Shown here piece by piece: positions 55,495 through 64,000 of a stretch of DNA of 64,000 bases. Source of the DNA: the human T2T-CHM13v2.0 reference genome, Homo sapiens; the NCBI RefSeq assembly GCF_009914755.1, contig NC_060926.1; one strand, given 5' to 3'. The notes under the pieces were generated by a model, which was not told the DNA's origin, did not search any database, and saw only the letters and a program-made list of their open reading frames with translations. A program made the position numbers and the translations under genes. How positions within the stretch are numbered: the stretch's first letter is position 1; each line of letters begins with the position of its first letter.

Positions 55495-55515
55495 TCGTCA
55501 CTAGGGGGCGGAAGT
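55495..55515 (+). promoter_or_regulatory. CTCF-binding motif with overlapping ETS site
   Basis: TCGTCACTAGGGGGCGGAAGT versus the CTCF core CCAC(C/T)AG(G/A)GGGCGC, with CGGAAGT overlapping. It sits in a CpG-retaining unique patch. Confidence 0.7.
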
Positions 55516-55811
55516 AGGCCAGCAATCGGTCTCTAGTACTTGTTTGGTCTGAAAACTAAAGTTGGCAAATCTGCATTATTAGTGTTTTATTTTTCTTAAG
55601 AATCCCAAGTCTCTCTGAGATGGTATGAGTGTGAGAGTTAGGCTACTGTAGTGTAAAGAAGCCAATCCCAAGAAAATAAAAGCCCTGTGTAGGTAAAGCA
55701 GATACCCGACAGATTCTATCAATGGACTTTGAAATTGTTCTACTGTTTTTATTATGATAATTTACTGAAAATTTCTCAGATCTAAAATTCAAATAAGAAT
55801 GTTTGAAACCA

Positions 55812-56228
<417 letters not shown>

Positions 56229-56909
56229 TTATAAAGAACAAATTCTCTTGAGGAATGGTTAAAAAAAAATCCGCCCCCCCGACAGTAAAATTCGTATTGT
56301 ACTGTTACGGGTAGCTCTGTTCTTACTGAATAAATCTTGCTTAGCAACTTACCTCCAGAGTAAATAATAAATCACTGCTGAAAGCTTCAGGCATTTAGCT
56401 CCGTCTGGGCAGTAAAACTTTGTGATGGTCTTGACAGCATTTTGTAAAATCATAATTGCTTAGGGAAAGTGATTCTGGATGTCTTAAAATGTTCGGAATT
56501 AAGGAGGAGCTGTTCCTTTGAGGGAAGTTATTCTAATGCCGTGTGTGTATGTGTGTGTTATTCTTTATACGAATTCTAGATTATAATTTACACACACTCA
56601 TCATTTCTATTAAGAATATGTAAAAATTCGATTAGAAGCACAGCCACATGTATCACACCAAGGTTTTATAAAAAAAAAAACCTTGAGGCAATTAGGGCAA
56701 AGATGCTCAGTTATCTGTGCACAGTATACTATATGCAGGCCTACCTTTATATACACATATAGTTATGGATTGAATTGTAAGCCTCCCCAAGATTCATAGG
56801 TTGAGGCCGTAACCCTCAGTATCTCAGAATATGACTGTAATTGGATATAGGGTCTTTAAAGGGGCAAAAGTGAGGCTGGGATTAGAGCCTCTTTAAAGAG
56901 GTAAAAATT

Positions 56910-57212
56910 AGTGGCTTATCCCTGCCATCCCAGCACTTTGGGAGGCCAAGGCGGGAGGATTGCTTGAGCCCTGGAGTTTGAGACCAGCCTGGGTAACATA
57001 GCAAGACCCCATCTCTCTAAAAAAAATTAGCTCAGTGTGGTGGTATGCCTGAAGTCCCAGCTATTTGGGAGGCTGACGGGGAGGATTGCTTGAGCCCAGA
57101 GGTTGATGCTGTGGTACGCTGTGATTGCACCGCTGCACTCCAGCCTGGGCAACAGAGTGAGACTCCATCTCAAAAAAAAAAAAAAAAATAGATAAAAAAA
57201 AATAAAAAAAAA
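56910..57212 (+). mobile_element. AluJ-like SINE
   Basis: Diverged Alu dimer. Confidence 0.9.
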
Positions 57213-57217
57213 GTGGC

Positions 57218-57569
<352 letters not shown>

Positions 57570-57847
57570 CTAAAAGGAAATGATGCCCCAGACATACACA
57601 GAGGGAAGACCATATGGAGACCCATGGACCAGGCAACCCTCTACAATTACAAGCCCAAAAGCAAAGCCTCAGAAGGAACCAACCCTGCTGACACCTTGGA
57701 CTTCCAGCCTCCAGAACTGTTTGATGTGAAATTGTTTTCAAAATAACAAATACAACATTGTTTTCAAAAGTCAATGTGTTAAAATGATATATTGGCATGT
57801 TTGAAATAGAGCTTGTGATTTGGTTGTAACAATTTTAATATCAATAA

Positions 57848-58155
<308 letters not shown>

Positions 58156-60001
58156 TAAGTAGAATTGTTGAAAATGAAATAAAATCTTTAAAGAGACTCA
58201 TATGATTGAACTGATCACCCCCCTGTAAGTTGCCAGTGAACTTAGTATGCGTGTCTGGATTCAACACAATTACATGGCTGTTTCAATTTCTCATCCTTTG
58301 GAAGTAGGAAGACGCCTTTTTAGATGTTGTTCTTCTCTATCGTTCCCCAAAATTGTCATAGGACATTTAACCCCAAGTCTTGCATAGTAAGTGAAGTCTC
58401 TTCCTTTGTCTTATTTTTCCCAACCAAACAACAGTTTATTGTTTCCAGGTTCACCTCTGGAGTGGGACGTGACCAGGAAGGCTCAGGTCTAGCCCAGCCT
58501 GAGTCATGGTAACGTTCTGGAATCTTAGCGTCTTCCTGTAATGTGTAGGCACCTCTCTGAGTTTCCTATAGCACTAACTTTCTCTATAGTAACTAAGTTT
58601 TTGAGGCCAGTAAGTGCAGGGCTGGAAATAGTGATGTACTTGACAAAACTGCAAAGTTCAACATTCCCACCCTGGCCCATGGCCTGGTGTCTCCTTTCCA
58701 AGGCTGTTTCTGTATCCAGGAGACCCGCTAACTTCACCTGTAGGTATCATAGGCTGATTCTCTAGTATGCTATTCTTTTCCATCTCTCTCCCCTATCAAA
58801 ACTGGTCCTCCAGAGAGTATTGGATAGGAATCATTTATGATGTAGTGTAAATTCCTCAATAGGTTCCCTTGCCCCATGGCAAGGACACTTAAAATCACAT
58901 CTCTTATCTTCAGGACTTCCTCCTTCTGAGAGCAGTTCCAAACATCTAGGAGCAGGTGGAGAGGCATCTTTCAGGGGTAGGAGATTTTTCCTATGCATCA
59001 CATCTGGAAGGCAGTTCCCTTCTTTGTTGGTGGAAAAAGCCAGGTGTGAATAAAAGAACTATGTTAAGTAGTTGCTCTGAACTCATAGTGAACAAACACA
59101 CGTTTGTGACCAGGATTAGCAGCCTGGGTCTGGCTGACCTCTTTCGTCTTCATCCTCTTAGGAGGGGGTGTGTATTTGGATGTATGTTGCTCACTCTGGG
59201 CATGGGAGAAGTAGCTAGTGTTATACACTGGCTGCCTGAGTCCTGTGGGTAGTGAGACAGGACAAGCATGGCAAGCCTCTGAAAGATGCTTTCTTCACCA
59301 CCTCTGTCTGATGTAGTTTGGGCAACAGAGCCTGGTGTACACAGGGAGATCAATAAAATATTTTTTTGGATGGATCAATGAATGGACAAATGAATGTATG
59401 AATGAATGAGTTCTGGGAGCTCACAGGTAAGACCCCACTTTGGATCTTTCCTTTTGCTTTCTTGCTGTCCACTCTAGTTAGCCATCAGTATGATGCCTTG
59501 GTACCATCACTGCCGTGCTGGTACCACTACACTTCCTACACTATGTAGTATGTTATACTGTGGAGTATATATTACATATACACATACAAATGCTGTAACC
59601 ACCATGAGATCTATACAAAAAATTGGAACATTTAAAAGAATGAGAAAATTAAGTGTAAACAAGTTCTAATATTTTTTCCTACACCCCAATGGATATAAAT
59701 GCACACCCGGGTGGGAGTTGGGCATTACTTTGGAAAGCACTTGCTGAGGGCAGTGGTTTTATGTCTGACTTTGGCTAGAATCTGCATTACATCTACTAGA
59801 TGAAGTGAGAGCAGGATTCAATTTAAATATTCACTGAGGGCCTGCCTGGTGGTGGATAGTCTGCTAGATGCTGAGGGTGACAGTGACTCCATGCTCTGGA
59901 TTATTCTAGGCAGACTTGATTTAAAATACTCTCTCCCACTTTCCCACAAGTACACTCATACTGGCTGGTTGCATGCCCAGATTTTTAGTATAGAAAATGT
60001 T

Positions 60002-60362
<361 letters not shown>

Positions 60363-60472
60363 TTATTTTAGGTTATGTTGTTAGGAGAGGCCTCCAAGAA
60401 GGGGCACACAGGAGCCTCAAATATCTTTGTAATGCCTGTTTCTGAACCCAAGAGGAGGGTGCTCAGGTTTCC

Positions 60473-60788
60473 TTTTATTCTTTATTTTTATTTTTTGAGA
60501 CAAGGTCTCGCTCTGTCACCCAGGCTGGAATTCAGTGGTATGATCTTGGCTCACTGCAGCCTTGACTTCTTGGGTTCAAGTGATCCTCCTGCCTCAGCCT
60601 CCTGAGTAGCTGGGATTATAGGTGCATGTCACCACACCCAGCTAATTTTTTTTTTTTTTTTGTATTTTTTGTAGAGATGGGGTTTTGCTAGTTGCTCAGG
60701 CTGGTGTCGAACTCCTAGGCTTAAGCGATGGTCCTGCCTCGGCCTCCCAAAGTGCTGGGATTACAGGGGTGAGCCACTGCGCCTGGCT
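60473..60788 (-). mobile_element. AluJ-like SINE
   Basis: Antisense dimer with TSD ttccttttatt. Confidence 0.93.
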
Positions 60789-61339
60789 TCCTTTTATTAT
60801 TCATACCTAATTTATACATGTATGCCATAGGTATGCTTCTGAAAGTTGAAGTATTTTATGAAAAGCAAAAGGAAATAAAAAAGGCATTTAAAAGTGTGGG
60901 GCCCTCTGGGACCAAGTGCAAATGGAGTGAAGCAGATAGTACATTACACAGATCAATGGGGCTGGGACGGTCTGGGGAAATTTTGCCAATGAGGTTGTCA
61001 ACTGCGGGGCCTAGCAGCACAGTGGAACGTGGGCAGGTAGAGAGACACTGGGGACACTTGGGTGACTTGAACAGTGAGAGTTAAGCATGGAGGTGGAGCC
61101 TGGCCTGGAAGGTAACATCAGCAGGAGGGCAGCAGCCAGGTGGTCACATTGGGTTACAGTGGGGATCCAGTAGAGAGATGGGCTAAAACTGGTTGGAGCA
61201 TGTTTTGAAAACCAGATTTAAAAGTTTCAAAATTGTATTGAGGTCACTGAAGAGCCCTTAACCAAAGTGAGTGAACTTTTGGAAAGGTGAATTTGAAGCT
61301 ATGGTGAAATGACACCTGTTGATGGCGTCTACTTGATAC

Positions 61340-62155
61340 CTCCTGATTCCATTTACTTAGCTGTTTGTACTGCAACAATAGCCTCCTTATTGGCCTCTTT
61401 CTCTCCTATCTTAATCTCTGCTCATCCATTTCCTATACTTTTCACTGACAGATCTTTAAAAAACACTGTCTGAACATAATATATCAGTTCCCAGCGCAAA
61501 GTCTTTTAATGGTCCCTGCTGTCTTTTGAATGAATCCAAATGCCATCGCAGAACATACAAGGCCCTGTGTGCCTTTGTCCTTGTCCTCCTCTCCAGCATT
61601 GCCCCCAACTTCCCTCTCTAACCAAATGGAAGCACCCGTGCTTTCCTGAACTCTCTACACCCTCCCCTTTGAACCTGGGTCAGGAGGCTGCTCCCCAACC
61701 CCCAACTTCCTCTTACTCTGACTTCTAGCCATCCTTCAAGAGTCAGCTCAGGTATCAGGTCCTTTAAGACCTTTCCTACTCGAAGGCAGGCCTGTGTATC
61801 AGCAGCATCTTAGCATCTCCTGGGAGCTTGTTAGATGTGCAGAATCCCAGGCCTACCTCAGACTTACTGAGCCAGGAATCTGCATTTAACAAGAACTCCA
61901 GGGGATTTAGGTGATGATCCAGAAGCCCTGCTGTGGGCAGGCTGGTCTATTCCTCTGCACCACCCACAAGGTCAGGTAGTTGAGCCCCATGTACTCTCTT
62001 GAAACCTTCAGGGGAAGGCATTGTTATCTTCTGTTTACTTCCCTGTCTTCCTTACTAGGTCCTGAATTCTGAGGGCTGTGATCATATTTTATTTATCTTT
62101 GGTGACTCAGTGACTATTCTAGTGCTAGCATACAGTAGGTGCTCAATAAATGCCT
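61340..62155 (+). mobile_element. L2 3' fragment with nested MER5A (about 61785-61930)
   Basis: tactgcaacaatagcctccttattggcctc, catccttcaagagtcagctcagg and the L2 terminus cagtaggtgctcaataaatg. The MER5A-like segment is tgggagcttgttagatgtgcagaatcccaggcc. Confidence 0.7.
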
Positions 62156-62345
62156 ATGCCCATGTGAACAATCAGTAACTGACTTTGGTGACTCAGTGAC
62201 TATACTAGAGCTAGCATACAGTAGGTGTTCAATAAATGTCTGTTGTGAAAATCAGTAATTGAACTTTGGTGACTCAATGACTATTCTATTGCTAGCATAC
62301 AGAAGGTGCTCAATAAATGCTTCTTGCCCATGTGAACAATCAGAA
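62097..62345 (+). repeat. Tandem triplication of an 81-86 bp unit derived from the L2 3' end
   Basis: Units begin ctttggtgactca at 62097, 62183 and 62264. Confidence 0.93.
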
Positions 62346-64000
62346 TAACAGTGGTCTCTTACTCTTGCACCATCAATGACCAGCTTAAGGAGGAACCTGT
62401 TTTAGATCCTTTGTTGAGACTTGGTTTAACTTCCTCTTTTCAAGCATCTCTTTACTTCTAAGTGAGCTGCATGGCCAGTCAGGCCCTTGGTACCTGCCAG
62501 AGCCCGGAACTAGTACTGGTGATGCTGATGCCCAAGAGACTCTCATGTCTGGGAATGCTTTAAAATGGCCACCCCTTGGGCATGCATCAACTAACTGTGC
62601 CTGAAAAGCAGCTTTTTCAATTAAACATTTTCCTTCTGATCAGAGATCCACTTTGAAGACTTTTAAATTTGGCTTAAAGTGAGGATTAAGGGACTAAGTT
62701 AGGCATGGAGCACCACCTTTGCCTCTGTACCCTGGAGAGCCCTCATCAGGACCCTTGACTCTGTGAGAAGAATGGGGAAGCCACTCCAGTCCCAGAACTA
62801 TTTTTTTTTTTTTCCTTTTATCTGGGAAAGGGAGATGAGTGACCCTAATGCCAGAACTTTAGCAGAGAGAAACCTTCCATTCAGCATTAGATTCGAAGGG
62901 ACATGTTCATGGTCCAGTTGAAAGAGCCTAAAGCACCATCCCATATGGAGGCAGGGAGGAGAGGACTTGAAGGTGGAGGCTTGGCTCAGACATCCTTGGA
63001 AGCCTTCTTTACTCTCTGCAGTAGAACAGATTTTTGATTCCTTTTCTTCCTGCCCTACCTTCCTGAATTTCCTATCATATTTGGACTCAGGAAAGTGTAC
63101 TGTATTTGTGACAAAAATAACGCCTTGCATTGCCAAGGACTTAACTCTTCAATGTGCTTCCCAATCTTTGATTTCATTTGCCTGTCATGAGAGGTGGCAG
63201 GACAGTTTTGTTGACATCGTTTTAGACACGTGGGAGTGATGGCACAGGGAGGGGAAGAGACGAACGTAGAGTCCTGCAGGTAGCTGGGGACAGAGCTCAG
63301 GCTGGGATTCAGGCTTCTGACTCTTGGTCCAGAGATTTTTGCAGCCTGTTTCAGGTTTTATAAGGTGGGTTCCTGCACATACATACCATGCGCCAGGATT
63401 TAAATACGTACTCTCTTAATTCTCCCTTCTCTGAGAGATGGGTGCTCTATCTTTCCCACTCGATAGACGAGGGAGTCAAGCAGACATCCCTGTCTCAATC
63501 AGGCGAACTTTCTCTCCTGCAAGACCAAGCTCAAATGTGACTCCTTAAGATTCTCTCTCCTAATTTTCCCCACAGTGATGGCAGCTCCTCCTTCATTCTT
63601 CTTTAGAACGTCTTTGTCTCTCCTCAATTGCATGCATCCTATGGGATCATAATTGTTTGGCCTATGAGTGGTTTCAGGGTATCATTTCTTTTTGTGACAG
63701 GATTCAACACTGGGTAATGATATTCTTTCTTTTTCCTTTGCAATTTCATCTAAAGTTTTGTTTCCTTGGGGTCCTCTGGAGTAAAAGAAAGCATATGATA
63801 CATCAGGGCACATTTGACAGATGTAAGTGATTATACTAATAGTGGGATTATTTCCCAACGTGTCTAATGTATTCAGACTTATTTCAAATGAATTGAGTTT
63901 AAAACCCATCCCTAAAAATGAAATGAGATCTTTAAGTTGTTCCTACCTACCTCCTTCTTTTATCTGGATTTTAAAACCTTTTTGTTTTTAATATGAGAAT

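Noticed and set aside
62097-62345. CRISPR-like repeat-spacer array
   Set aside because: The whole unit repeats with no unique spacers, it derives from L2, there are no cas genes, and the DNA is primate.

Overview
This is great-ape (hominid) genomic DNA, apparently intergenic or intronic and rich in repeats, with no credible protein-coding exon, tRNA, rRNA or CRISPR array. The recognisable computed ORFs come from Alu, SVA, L1 or simple repeats, and the rest look like chance frames. Main contents: about 29 Alu-family SINEs; a full-length minus-strand SVA (13330-16660) with a 17-bp TSD, a 20-bp SINE-R deletion and an 807-bp higher-order repeat in its VNTR; a TMA7 processed pseudogene (46744-48805) split by nested L1 and Alu insertions, each with its own TSD; old L1M, L2, MIR, MLT and MER fossils; a strong CTCF motif (about 55500); a CCAAT/GC-box promoter-like patch (about 23930); and repeat-poor, enhancer-like blocks. 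Less expected features are several short local templated duplications (direct and inverted), two tiny TSD-flanked poly(A) insertions, and a triplicated L2 tail carrying three AP-1 sites. I found no convincing new biological system and could not identify the locus or host gene. Repeat names and subfamilies come from remembered consensus sequences. Repeat boundaries are approximate unless a TSD is quoted.
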